Made by a program: the position numbers and the translations under genes. The notes beneath the pieces were generated by a model that did not search any database, was not told the origin of the DNA, and saw nothing but the letters and a program-made list of their open reading frames with translations. Shown in pieces: positions 49,951 through 62,888 of a stretch of DNA of 64,000 nt. The DNA comes from Octopus sinensis (lineage: Eukaryota), in the NCBI RefSeq assembly GCF_006345805.1, contig NC_043002.1, positions 50,220,001 to 50,284,000 of the forward strand, written 5' to 3'. Numbering within the stretch: position 1 is the stretch's first letter; every line of letters starts with the position of its first letter.

Positions 49951-50469
49951 ATATGTATATACTGGGGTTGGTTTATTCAAGTGAACCCTTCAAAGTGGTG
50001 TCCCACCACGGCTGCTGTCCAATTACTGCAACAAGTAAGAGATATATATATTCACACTTAATAGAACAAACCTGTCCTCAAAAGTGTTCCACTCATGACC
50101 AGCCCATCTTTCTTAATTATGTATTGCTTTTTTTTTCCTTCCTAGTCTTGTATCTTGGACCATCTTTGCCCACTATGACCTCCTCTTTCTAAGACGCTAG
50201 CGAAGGTGTGACTTCCGGGGGATCTGGTTGATATATCTAGCAGATCAAGTGTTATCATGGAGGCTACCTGTTGTTGTTGGGTAACATCATCATCATCAAC
50301 ATCATCGTTTAATGTAGTCATAGATACAATGCCTGAAAATAAGATTGGTTGATCATGGTTGGAATATTGTTGACCATCTATCTACTCATTTAGATCTTGT
50401 CTTAGGCTGAATAGCAGCAACTTTCTAGCCTTTACGCCATCACATGAATCTGCAAGAAACAGTTATTAA

Positions 50470-50698
50470 CCCTTAGCATTTAAACCAGCTATATTCAGCC
50501 ATAATATTCTGCTTGTTTTATGTTTAAATCAGCCAGGTTTGGCCTCTTATAAGAACTTTACTATGTCATTCTAAAAGCAATCACCCCATTGAAACCTTGA
50601 AGCCAGAATGTAAGGTATAATTCATATATAAGCCATAATTCAAACCAGTATGAATAAATAAGCATTACGTGTGACAGAGTAATCTGAATGTTAGAGCG
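50470..50698 (+). mobile_element. piggyBac-like MITE, full length
   Basis: TTAA|CCCTTAGCATT ... TTAGAGCG|TTAA. Confidence 0.8.
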
Positions 50699-51107
50699 TT
50701 AAGCTACCCTCAAATCATGTCCTACGGTCTTTAAAAAGAAAAGAAGAAAAAAATAGATGGTAGAGGGGGCAATACGTTGGACAGTGAACTCCTAGCTATG
50801 TGAAAAATAGGCTTGAAACTAAGTTGAGGACTAAACAATAACTGGTGCCACAGTTATCTTCTTTTATCTTTTATTTGTTTTAGTGATTGAAATGCAACCA
50901 TTTTAGGGTCCCACCGTAAATGGTTTTAGCTTAAGGAACTGACTCTTGGGCTTATTTTTTTTAACACCTGGTACTTATTCTATTGATCTCTTATGTTGAA
51001 TCTCTAAGTTATGGAGATGTTAACAGACCAATGTAGGTTGTCTGGTGGTGAGGATAAACACAAAGACAGACACATACACACACACACACACACATATATA
51101 TATATGT

Positions 51108-51401
51108 AGGAGCGTGGGTTAGTGGTTAAGGCATTCAGCTCATGGTTGAAAGGTCGTGAGTTCAATTCCTGGTGATGCATTGTGTCCTTGAGTAAGACCC
51201 TTTATTTTACATTGCTCCAGTACACTCAGCTGGTAAAAATGAATAGTACCTTGTCACATTCTGTGTCATGCTGAAGCTCCCAGTGAACTACGTCAAGGGT
51301 ACACGTGTCTGTGGAGCCACCTGCACGTTAATTTCACAAGCAAGCTGTTTCATTGATTGGATCAACTGGAACCCTCGTCGTCGTAAGCCACGGAGTGCCA
51401 G
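51108..51401 (+). mobile_element. CORE-like SINE (family D)
   Basis: Aligns to 12550-12854 with a short internal deletion. Confidence 0.8.
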
Positions 51402-51440
<39 letters not shown>

Positions 51441-51461
51441 AAGTATGTTGATGCAAACAGT

Positions 51462-51532
51462 CTAGTTTGATAAGTGCCAATACACAAAACTCTTGAACCT
51501 TGAGTCACTCCGTTACTTCTGCTTAATATTAA
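51462..51532 (+). ncRNA. Degenerate type I hammerhead-like motif, family 2, copy 3
   Basis: AGT TTGATAA GTGC-CAAT-ACAC AAAACTC-TTGAACCTT-GAGTC ACTCCGTTACTTCTGCTTAATATTAA. Confidence 0.45.
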
Positions 51533-51534
51533 TA

Positions 51535-51835
51535 TGTGGTTGGCATTAGGAAGGTCATCCAGCTGTAGAAGCCATGCCAAATCAGATTAGAACCTGGTGT
51601 AGCTCCCTAACTTGTCAGTTTTCAGTCAAACCATACAACTCTTGCCAGTATGGAAAACGGACAGTAAATAACGATGATGATGATAGACTCCTTCGAGTTT
51701 CCAAATACCAAATCTACTCACAATTTTTTGGGGTTTGCTTGGCTATAGTAGAAGACACATGCCCAAGGTGCCAAGCAGTGGGACTGAACCCAGAATCATG
51801 TGATTAGGAAGCAAACATTTTACCATAATGGCACA
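51535..51835. mobile_element. RTE-type tail (+, 51535-51683) and SINE-A 5' half (-, 51690-51835)
   Basis: Family motifs. Confidence 0.8.
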
Positions 51836-51852
51836 CCACGTTAATAATACCT

Positions 51853-52084
51853 ATTTCTTTACTACCCACAAGGGGCTAAACACAGAGGAGACGAACAAGA
51901 ACAGACAAACAGATTAAGTTGATTACATCGACCCCAGTGCATAACTGGTACTTAATTTATTGACCCCGAAAGGATGAAAGGCAAAGTCAACCTCGGCAGA
52001 ATTTGAACTCAAAACGTAAAAACAGACGAAATACCGCTAAGCATTTCACCCGGCGTGATAACAGTTCTACCAGCTCACCGCCTT
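51853..52084 (-). mobile_element. SINE-B, full length
   Basis: Nearly the same as 22109-22340. Confidence 0.92.
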
Positions 52085-52697
52085 ACATACCACATTAATG
52101 ATACCATCGCCACCACCACCACCATTACCTCTGCATTTACACCAACAAAATAACTTTATGAACTGGGAAAATGATTATTAATATTGAGACAATAATAATG
52201 TCTTGAAATGTTTTCAATTCCACCTTGCATGAACTTTGGCCTTTTGGTCAATAAATTTAGAGAGAGAGAGAGAGAGAGTTGCTTGCCTTTCACTTTGTGA
52301 TTTTTGTTTTATATAGTTTAAGTTTATATAGTTTATATATTGTCCAACCCATGCTAGCATGGAGAACGGACGTTAAACGACGATGATGATAGTTCCTTAT
52401 TTAGTTATTCGTTTGTTTGTTATAACTGAACAGCAGGAGAGTAGTGGAGGTTTGAAGCACTCTTGCGAGGGTCTCACATATGTGTGCCATATAAATGAGT
52501 TTGAAGAATCTTTGATCAGTCACTGTTATGCAAGCAATTGTCATATCTGTTGGCATTTTAGATGTACTCCAATTTCAGCAGTACCTCTTCTGGAAAGAAG
52601 CCTTTTAATGCATTAAAGCATGTAATATTTAAAGCAGTCTAGCAGTACATTACAAAACACTACAAAAGTACCTTAGCTATAGCAGAAAACATTATAG

Positions 52698-52733
<36 letters not shown>

Positions 52734-52756
52734 TTTAATAATAACAATAATAATTT

Positions 52757-52983
52757 AATTCTTTATTGCCCACAAGGGGCTAAACATAGAGGGGACAAAC
52801 AAGGACAGACAAATGGATTAAGTCGATTACATTGACCCCAGTGCATAACTGGTACTTATTTAATCAACCCCGAAAGGATAAAAGGCAAAGTTAACCTCGG
52901 CGGAATTTGAACTCAGAACGTAGCGGCAGATGAAATACTGTTAAGCATTTCGCCTGGCGTGCTAACGATTCGAAAGCTCACCA
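52757..52983 (-). mobile_element. SINE-B, full length
   Basis: Nearly the same as 22109-22340; flanked by (AAT)n on both sides. Confidence 0.92.
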
Positions 52984-53047
52984 ATAATAATAATAATAAT
53001 AATGATAATGTTCAAGTTAAATATTGTTATTGTTATTATTATTACTG

Positions 53048-53585
53048 TAAGGTAGTGAGCTGGTACAAATGTTAGCATGCCGGGCGAAATGCTTAGTGGT
53101 ATTTCGTCTCTATCTTTATGTTCTGAGTTCAAATCCTGCCAAGGTCAATTTTGCCCTTCATCCTTTCAGGGTCAATGAATTGAGTATAGTTGTTTACTGG
53201 GGTCGATCTAATCAACTGGCCCCTTCCCCAAAAGTTTTGGGCTTTGTGCCTAGAGTAGAAAAGAATCGTTAACACACCAGGCACAATGCTTAGTAGTGTT
53301 TCGTCTGTCTTCCCGTTTTGAGTTCAAATCCTGCCGAGGTCAACTTTGCCTTTCATCCTTTCGGGGGTCGATAAATTAAGTACCAGTTGCATACTGGAGG
53401 TTGATCTAATCAACTGGCCCCTTCCCCAAAAAATTTCAAGCCTTGTGGCTATAGTAGAAAGGATTATTATTATCATTAAGGCGGTGAGTTGGCAGAATTG
53501 TTAGCATGATGGGTGAAATGCTTTGTGGCATTTTGTCCATCTTTACGTTCTGTGTTCAAATGCTGCCAAGTTTGACTTTGTCTTT
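53048..53585 (+). mobile_element. Tandem array of three SINE-B copies
   Basis: Units about 53048-53268, 53269-53465 and 53477-53585. Confidence 0.9.
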
Positions 53586-53619
53586 TGTCTTTTTGCTCAG
53601 CCCTGAGCATTAGTAGAAG

Positions 53620-55440
53620 ACATTACTAATGCTCAGCATGAATAGCACCATCACCTCTAACAACATCAGTCACAATAACATGAACTCTATCACCCCCACA
53701 CCACCACCACCACCACCATCACCACTATCACCACCATCATCACCGCCACCATCACCACCATCATTACCATCACCACCACCACCACTATCACCACCACCAT
53801 CATCACTATCACCACGACCACCATCATCACCACGACCACCATCATCACCACCATCATCAAAGCCACCACCAACACCATTTACCACTGACACCAGCACAAC
53901 CATTCTATACTGATTGCCTCTACCTCAAGCACCATCACCAGCATCACCACTATCACCTTCACCCACCAAACACCACCACTGGCATTACAACCACCAACAC
54001 CACCCACCAAAAACTACTACAACCAACCAACCAACCAACTACTGTTACTACTTCCACCACCATTAACCTCGCTACCGCTAGTGCCACTAGCACCAATGCC
54101 TCTATGACCTACACCGCTACAACTGAACACCACCACCACCACCACTACCACCCACTCCCACCCACACTACTCCAGCTCCAAGCCAGCAACAATATCAAAT
54201 ATCTAAATATTTTATGGGGTTACCGCAATTTATACAGCTCTTTATAATAATCTGACACATATTGGTTTAGTGCGGTGGGGGGGAGTGGGGTATCAACACT
54301 GGTGTTGGCAGCAGTTGTTGTTGTTGTGGTGGTGGTGGTGGCGGCGGCGGCGGCGGTTGTGGGGTGGGTGGGGTGTTTTACTGTTGTTATCATTACCAGT
54401 GGTAGGTTGATGTTGACATGATCACTGTCTTTTTTTTTGTTTTCAGACCCACCCTGCCCCGTTCCTCCTCCTCGCCCCCCCCACACCTCCCCTCTTGTTG
54501 TTGCTGTTGTATTTTGTTCTTGTTGTTCCTCATGTTGTTGATGTAAAGGCCCTTTATTTATTTATTTATTTATTTATTTCCTTTCCCCCTACCTTCTGCC
54601 TTCTCTCTTTCTACTTCACTCCCACATTCCACCTCGTTAGTTTTTATTTTTTTTTTTATTTCATTTGTTATTATCAATATTGTGTTTTTTTTTTATTTTC
54701 CTTCTACATTTTATTTTCTCTACTAATAGTCTGTTGTTGTTGTTGTCATGATGTTAGTTGTAGTTCTTGTTGTGTTATAATTGTGACACTTCTCTAATAG
54801 TCTATCTCTCTCTCTCTCTCTCTCCTTTATTGTTCTAATAAAATATGTTTTATGTTATATTTAATAATATTAATTAAGTAAATCATTTTCTGCAGAGTGG
54901 GGTGGGGGCGGACAGAGCAGAGGGCGGTATTTCATTTTATTTTCAATATTATTTAAATATTCATAATTTGGGCCGACAAGGTAGTGGTATCGGTAGTGGT
55001 GGTGGTGGTCATATTCGGCAGTAGCAGTGATAGTTGTGGCAATAGTGTTGTTGATAATGATGGTGGTGGTGGTGGTGGTGGTGGTGGTGGCATGTGATGT
55101 GTGATTGGACAAAGTAATATGAATTGTAAATATAATTAAAGTGAAAGTACAAACGAGGGTGAAGGTGGAAGTGTGGGGTGTGTGGAATTGGTAGGGTAGT
55201 GGCAGTGGTAATATGTGGTGGTGACAGTACATGTTGTTGTAATGTGGTTGTGGTGGTGGTGGTGGTGGTGGCGCTGGTCTGCTGAGGTGGAAATGGTAGC
55301 AGTAGTGGTGTTCATTGCGATTCTTGGTGTTGATTTGTGGTGGTGGTTCTGGTGCTGGTAGCAGTGGTGGTGGGTGTTAGATGGTGGTTGATTGTTTCTT
55401 AGAAATGGTGGTGGTAGTGGTGGTGATGGTAATGATGAGT
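53620..55440. repeat. Cryptic (CAC)n block followed by (GTG)n blocks
   Basis: Low-complexity tracts at 53620-54180, 54260-54460 and 54980-55440. Confidence 0.85.
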
Positions 55441-55689
55441 GTTTCAATATTATATTAAGTGTTTTTAGTGGTTGTTTTGGGGGTATGGAGCTGGGAACAG
55501 CTTACAGAAAGCATTGCGAACAATACAAGTAAGTAAATGAGGGGACAGAAGGTAAAGAGTGGGGATAGTATTAATCTTGAATTGGTTCCTTGATTGAAGA
55601 AATATTTTTTTTTTTTTTTTCATTTCATTTCATGCAAAAGGGTTTTCTTCAGAATATCTGCAGTAACACATGCCTCTCTTAATTCTCTG

Positions 55690-56336
55690 CATACAACTTT
55701 GCTTGTTTATTGTCCATGGTTCAGATGGAATTTGTTGAGACAGGTTTTTGCACAGCCGGATACCCTTCCTATCACCAACCCTTACCTGTTTCCCAGCAAG
55801 GTAATATTCCCCCATGGCCAGGCATGTCTTTCATGGAAGACTTGAAACAGACATTGCTTGTATGATGGTGATGCTTATGTACAGTCACCACACGATGTTG
55901 AAACAAGGGTCCACACTTATACCTGTGTGTGTGTGTGTGTGTGTGTGTGTATTCTCTCTTTTTTACTTTTTTACTTGTTTCGGTCACTTAACTCTGGCCG
56001 TGCTGGAGCACCGCATTTAGTCGAAGAAATCGACCCCAGGACTTATTCTTTGTAAGCCCAGTCCTTATTCTTTTGCTGAACTGCTAAGTGACGTGGACGT
56101 AAACACAACAGCATCAGTTGTCAAGCGATGTTGGGGGAACAAACACAGACACACACACACACACACATATATACGACGGGCTTCTTTCAGTTTCTGTCTA
56201 CCAAATCCACTCACAAGGCTTTGGTCGTCCTGAAGCTATAGTAGAAGACACTTGCCCAAGGTGCCACGCAGTGGGACTGAACCCGGAACCATGTGGTTGG
56301 TAAGCAAGCTACTTACCACACAGCCACTACTGCGCC
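55690..56336 (-). mobile_element. RTE-like tail variant (55690-55910) and full-length SINE-A (55953-56336)
   Basis: CAGCCGGATACCCTTCCTATCACCAACC; SINE-A reverse complement ending GCGCC. Confidence 0.85.
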
Positions 56337-56721
56337 TATAGAGAGTCACATATATATTTCAAAAATTTAACAAAAACACAAATGGAAAATTTTATAAAAA
56401 CACATCAGTCAACGTCCAAAAGATCACAATTTTGCACCTTTAATGTCGATATGGTTCACATCTGGTGGCACCAGTGGCAAAATGTTAATGGGAGTAGCTA
56501 ACGTATGTACAGGAAAATGACAGAAACAAACATGACAAGGTAAAATACACATATACAACAAGAAAAGCTATGTGACCACAAAATGATAGGCTTGGGGCAG
56601 CACAAATGAAAATGTCCTGTAGAACTGGAGACAAGAAAAGGACAGATAGAAAGTCAGAATGAAGTAAGGAGTAAAGTAATTAGTAAGGGAAAGAGGGAGG
56701 GAGAGAGGAAGGCAAAGAAAG

Positions 56722-57057
56722 AGATTGAGGGTTTCTTTCAGTTTCTGTTTCCCAAATCCACTCACAAGGCTTCAGTAAGCTTAGATGTCTTGCAAACAAC
56801 TTGCACATGCAAGTGCTACCAGTCAAAAGCTCTGTATATCGGAAGCTAGCAAGTGTAAGGGGTCATCAGGAGAGAATGCGCGCCGTTTCGGGGCCTACCT
56901 CTCGACGGCATCAATGCGCACCAGCCCCCCTCACTGATATGAGGCCCCGCTTGCTAGATCAGCTGGTTATGAAGAATCTTGCCCAAGATGTTTCACTGTG
57001 GGATGGAACCCAAAACCGTGTAACTGGGAAGCAACTGTCTTAACTATACAGCCATAT
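56722..57057 (-). mobile_element. SINE-A 5' half interrupted by a GC-rich insert
   Basis: SINE sequence stops near 56780 and resumes at CTTGCCCAAGATG (56978). Confidence 0.75.
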
Positions 57058-57513
57058 CTGTGCCTCTATGTATATATGTATGTACGCATGCAGGTATTTA
57101 TGTGTGTATGTATGTATGCATGCATATGTATATATATATGTATGTATGTATATGCATACATGTATGTGTGCATGTCTGTGTATGCATACATACATGTATG
57201 TATGTATGTGTGTGTATATATGCATGCATGTATGTATGTGTGAATGTATGTGTGTATGTATACATGTATGTATGCATGCATGCATGAATAAATGGAACGA
57301 AATTATAGTGAAGGGTCATGTGGTCTGTTGGTTATGCTGTTGGGCTCACAATCATAAGGTTGTGGGTTCAATTCCTTGTGCTATCTGTTCTGGCTCTGTG
57401 CATTCCGAGTTCAAATCTTACCCTGTCATTGAAAAACAGTGGCGCTTGTGCAACCAACAGATATTATTAGCAATTTGAATAACTAACAGATTGACTTCCA
57501 CCACAACTACTCT

Positions 57514-57547
<34 letters not shown>

Positions 57548-57954
57548 CAGACAGACAGACAGAGAGGTTGCTATACAGTTTCTGTCTACCAAATTTCAGT
57601 CACGTAGTATTGGCCAGCCCAAGTTAATATGTGCTGTACAATGGGGTCGGACAAATTAGTTGGACATTTAGCATCAACTATCCATTGAGGAAAGGGCATT
57701 TTGCTTTATGGCTGGATCGATAATAAGGAAGTAACGTTGGCTGGTGGCTGAGGGAAGAGAGTGGATAGTAATGTTAATCAGTGAATCAGTTACACACAAA
57801 TACCTTTGAGTACTTCTTACCAGATTTTAGTTTTCAGTGATGAGTTAACATTATGGTTGTGGATACAAGTGGTGGGGTGGGGGGGTTTGTTGAAAGTGAT
57901 AATGATGATTGGGGTAAGGGTATTATAAGATAACAACAGCGATAGTAGCAAAGT

Positions 57955-58100
57955 GGAGAATTGACATATTTGTCAGAATATTGGTTAGAATACCTGGCAA
58001 TATTTATTACATTTCTTTATGTTCTGAGTTCAAATCCCACTGAGGTTAGCTTTGCCTTTTATTTTTTCAGGGTCAGTAAAACACACCAGTCTAGGATGAT
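57955..58100 (+). mobile_element. SINE-B, diverged
   Basis: TTCTGAGTTCAAATCCCACTGAGGTTAGCTTTGCCTTT. Confidence 0.7.
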
Positions 58101-58300
58101 GGTTGAGGTGGGTTGGTAGAGCTGGTAGAGGGGTCAGGCAGAAACACCTTGTAAGGTTCATTTCACCTCTTTGCATTGCATTCTAACAGCAATATCTGTG
58201 AGGATACTGGTGTCAAACTGTATTGACCCAAGGTGGTAGCCTTTCCCAGGGATAAACATCGATAACATGGAGAAGGGTGATTTGCATGCATGGGTAATTT

Positions 58301-58697
58301 CTCTCTACTCTTTTACTTGTTTCAGTCATTTGACTGCGGCCATGCTGGAGCACCGCCTTTAGTCGAGCAAATCGACCCCGGGACTTATTCTTTGTAAGCC
58401 CAGTACTTATTCTATCGGTCTCTCTTGCCGAACCGCTAAGTGATGGGGATGTGAACACATCAGCATCGGTTGTCAAGCAATGCTAGGGGGACAAACACAG
58501 ACACAAACACACACACATATATATATATACATATATACGACAGGCTTCTTTCAGTTTCCGTCTACCAAATCCACTCACAAGGCATTGGTCGGCCCGGGGC
58601 TATAGCAGAAGACACTTGCCCAAGATGCCACGCTGTGGGACTGAACCCAGAACCATGTGGTTGGTTAGCAAGCTACTTACCACACAGCCACTCCTGC
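58301..58697 (-). mobile_element. SINE-A, well-preserved full-length copy
   Basis: Reverse complement of 44462-44855. Confidence 0.95.
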
Positions 58698-59708
58698 TAA
58701 TCTTTCGAAAACAAAATCTTGCCCAGGTCTGCAATTATATGCAAGTACATGGTCAGCATTGACCAATGGAGGCAACTATTATTTGTGATAGTGGCGACAC
58801 CCATGGTCGTGGTGGTGGTTGAAATTGAGAAGTGTAGCATATACAGGATTTACGATCACAGCCCCATTTTCTTGACGTTAGTATTTAAGCAAGACTGCTG
58901 AGTAACACATGTAGTTTAGTAAAGTTTTGTTATTGTTGTTGTGATGGTAATGGTGTTGTTTAGCCCCAGGTCTGTCCTGAGCAGGCCTTTGGGGTAGGGT
59001 CTAGAGATTAGGCAAAGAGGTTGGAAAAATTATGTAATGTATCTTTTTCATTTCAAGTTATTGTTTCAATAATCGATGGGTGCGCTTTGAGGCAGATTTG
59101 GTTGTTGTTTCTAGCGTCTGAGCAACTGTTTAGAGACTACCTTGTTTTTATTCGCTTGTGGTGAATGTAGATGTTGATGGTGAAGTTGTTTTAGTGCCCC
59201 TGTTTGTGGACTATCTCAAGGAGGTGGTATTGATGGTGGCTCTGGTGGTGGTGGTTGTAGTGATGGCGGTGGAACTGGTGGTGGTGGACAGTTAAGACAG
59301 TTATGATGGGAGCTCATCAAGACATCCATCTTTGTCACAGTGGCCAGATAGTCCGAAGCAAGGAGGTCACAGTTTGAAAGACACCAGATGGCCTAACATG
59401 ATAAATTGCACTGTACACACACAACACACACACACACACACACACCACACACACGTACACTTTCTTTGTTACTCCTCCCTGCCTTCTCGTTTGAAAGTCC
59501 ACCCTTTCCTCTTTTTCATCTCCACTATCACCACAATTTACATGATGTAGTCTACCGACATCAACTAGAATGCTGCTCATGTGCAACCACCAGCTCGACA
59601 TACATGCACATAAGTGCAAGCCTTGGTGCATTGTGCATGTGCTTGGATGTGCCTGTGTATTTGTTGTGTTTCTGTATATCGCTATGCACGAATATTGTCA
59701 TTCATTCT

Positions 59709-59748
<40 letters not shown>

Positions 59749-60294
59749 AGCATACACATACACATAACCCTTCTCTCCGTTTCTCTCTATCTGCCTCTAT
59801 AAATGTATGTGTGTGTGTATATGCTAGTGTCTGCATGTTGCTGTTGATGATGTATGCGTTATAGCATTGTCTCATGTATGATCACCACATAAGCCACCGC
59901 CAGCACTACCACCACTTCAACCACCATCACCACCACCACCACTACAACCACCATCACCACCACCACCACCACCACTACAACCATTTCCAGTCTTATTGCC
60001 ACCATCACTTTAACCCTAATTTCCGTTGTTAGTCTAGTGTTTAATAATAATAATAATAAAAATAATAATAATAATGATAATAATAATAATAATGTGCTGA
60101 CCCTTTGTTTTCATGGTTAAACTGTTGAACATTATATCCTTCCTTTACTTGGCTTCAAGTCTGTATTCAGATGCCGCATATCATTGATTAGTTCTGTATA
60201 AAGAAGGGCCAACTAACTGGCCGTAAAATCATTGCGCCTTAATAACGTTTTTCCTGTTTATTCACCTGAACCTATCTCTGTAATTATCGTTTAA

Positions 60295-60461
60295 GTGCAG
60301 GCGTGGCTGTGTGGTAAGGAGTTTGCTTCCCAACCACATAGTTCCAGGTTCAGTCCCACTGCGTGGCATCCATGGTCAAGTGTCTTTTACTATGATCCAG
60401 GACCTACCAAAGCCTTGTGGGTGTATTTTGTAGAAGGGGAACTAAAAGAAGACCATCGTGT

Positions 60462-60503
<42 letters not shown>

Positions 60504-61150
60504 CAGTCGTGCCTGTATGGTAAGAAGATTGTTTCCCAGCCACATGGTTCCAGGTTCAGTCCCACTACATGGCACCTTGGGCAAGTTGTTTTCTGCTAAA
60601 GCCTTAGGCTGACCAAAGCCTTGTGAGTGAATTTGGTTGACGGAAACTGAAAGAAGCCCGTCATATATATATATAATATGTATGTATGTTTGTGTCTGGT
60701 TGTCTCCTCTCCACCACTACCACCACTATTGCTTGACCACTGATGCTGGTGTGTTATTGTCCCTGTAACTGATTCAGCAAAAAAGACCAATAGAATAAGT
60801 ACTAGGCTTACAAAGAATAAGTCCTGGTGTCGATTTCTTCAACTAAAACTGTTCAAGGCGTTGCTCCAGCTTGGCCACAGTCAAATGAAACAGATAAAAG
60901 AATAAAATAATATGTATTTATGTGTGTGTGTGTTTGTCTTTGTACCCCCTCCTGCCCCCACACTTCCACCACTTGACAACCAGTGCTGGCTTGTGCCCTA
61001 GTCACTTAGCAGTTCAGCAAAAGCGATTGATAGAACAAATACTAGACTTCAAAAAACAAAACGTACTGGGGTTGATTCATTCAACTAAACCCTTTGAGGC
61101 AGTGGCGTAGCATGTCATGGCTGCAGTCCAATGACTGAAACAAGTAAAAG
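60295..61150 (+). mobile_element. Cluster of SINE-A copies: 5' half 60295-60455, full 60503-60903, 3' half 60915-61150
   Basis: Family similarity. Confidence 0.88.
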
Positions 61151-61214
61151 ATAGATATCCATACATATATATATATGTGTTTGTGTGTGTATGTGTGTAT
61201 TTACAGATATTTTG

Positions 61215-61560
61215 TTGACTGCTCATGAGTTCCTCCACCCTTTAACGGGTCTTAATTTTTCATTCCGCAGGGTGTCCAACAACACCCTCCTCACCAAGCA
61301 AGCCTGATAAGGTTGCCAGTTTAGTCCCTAACAACTTGACCATGCGACAGGTTCAGCTACTCCGTGTCAGTCACCAGAGTGATATGTGATCACTTTATAG
61401 GATGTTTGAGTGTCGGCTTGGTGTCTCGAATGGGATAGTATACTTCATGGACAGGTAAAAGCTCTTTAACCTTGGTTTGTAATCTACCTAGGAGAAGGAA
61501 ATAAAACCTAAGGCCTTGGAAGATCCTGGTTTTGTCAGTTTTCATGTCACACTGGTGAAA
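61215..61560 (+). mobile_element. Probable LINE 5' UTR fragment
   Basis: CTAGGAGAAGGAAA motif resembles RTE-type 5' UTRs; no ORF; recall-based. Confidence 0.35.
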
Positions 61561-61669
61561 TACTTCTTGGGCCAATAGGTAGGTAGGTAGGGATAGTGCA
61601 GTACAAGCTACACCCACTGAAAATTATTCATCTGCACAGGTACTTCCTGTACTTCAAATCTTAGTAAAA

Positions 61670-61736
61670 TCATGTGTGTGTGTATGTATGTATATATATA
61701 TATATATATATATCATCATGTATATACATGTATGTA

Positions 61737-61768
<32 letters not shown>

Positions 61769-61837
61769 CAAACACATACATATATATATATATACACACA
61801 CATACCTTTTATATATATATACACACACATACATATA

Positions 61838-61878
<41 letters not shown>

Positions 61879-62222
61879 TCCTGTTTTGTTCTGTTTTATT
61901 TTACCGTTATTGTTTTTACGTTTTTGTATTCTTATTGGTGTCACGTATTCTGTATTTTTGTTCGGTACTTCGTTCGTTTTCCGTCCTCGTGTTGTATACA
62001 TTCGAAGCTTTCTTCCATGGGATCTAATGCACTTGGCTTAGATATCCCATGGCGGGCTGCCCATATCGGAGCAATCTCAAGATTAATCAGCCGAAATTGC
62101 TAAGATGATCTGGTTCTTGACTGATGACTGAGGGCTTCGAATGTCCCGTCCTGTGGTTCTTGTGTCGTCTCTGTGGTGTTTCATGTTCTTGTCCATGTCT
62201 GTAATTATTTTTACTGTTTACC

Positions 62223-62257
<35 letters not shown>

Positions 62258-62755
62258 ATGTGTATATATATATGTGTGTGTATGTGTATATATATATGTG
62301 TGTGTATGTATGTGTATATATATATGTGTATGTATGTATGTATATATATATATATATGTGTGTGTGTATGTATATATACATGTATGTGTATATATATATA
62401 CATGTATGTATATAATACATGTATGTATATATATACATGTATGTGTATAATATATATACATGTATTGTATATATATGTATGTATATATATGTATATATGT
62501 ATGTATATATGTATTGTGTATATATATATATGTATGTGTATAATATATATAGTATATTATATATATTATACATGTATGTATGTATATATGGATGTGTATA
62601 TATATATATGTATATATATATATACATGTATGTATGTATATATGTATGTGTATATATATAATGTATATATTATATATATACATGTATGTATGTATATATG
62701 TATGTTGTATTTATATATATTTATATATATACATGTATGTATATATATATGTATG

Positions 62756-62786
<31 letters not shown>

Positions 62787-62844
62787 GTATATGTATATAT
62801 ATATGTATGTATATTTGTATGTATGCATATATGTATGTATATAT

Positions 62845-62888
<44 letters not shown>

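Noticed and set aside
52383-52616. 77-aa Cys/His-containing ORF in unique sequence
   Set aside because: Cys/His spacing fits no zinc-finger pattern I know, and there are no convincing splice sites.
56456-56470. CTCF-like site (minus strand CCACCAGATGTGA)
   Set aside because: The 3' half departs from the GGCGC consensus; single weak match.
61215-61340. Possible HDV-like ribozyme at the start of the putative LINE 5' UTR
   Set aside because: I could not build the nested double pseudoknot (P1, P1.1, P2, P3) by eye; an Infernal/RNArobo search would be needed.
62121-62150. CTGATGA...GAATGTC hammerhead-like words
   Set aside because: No stem II pairing and no GAAA.
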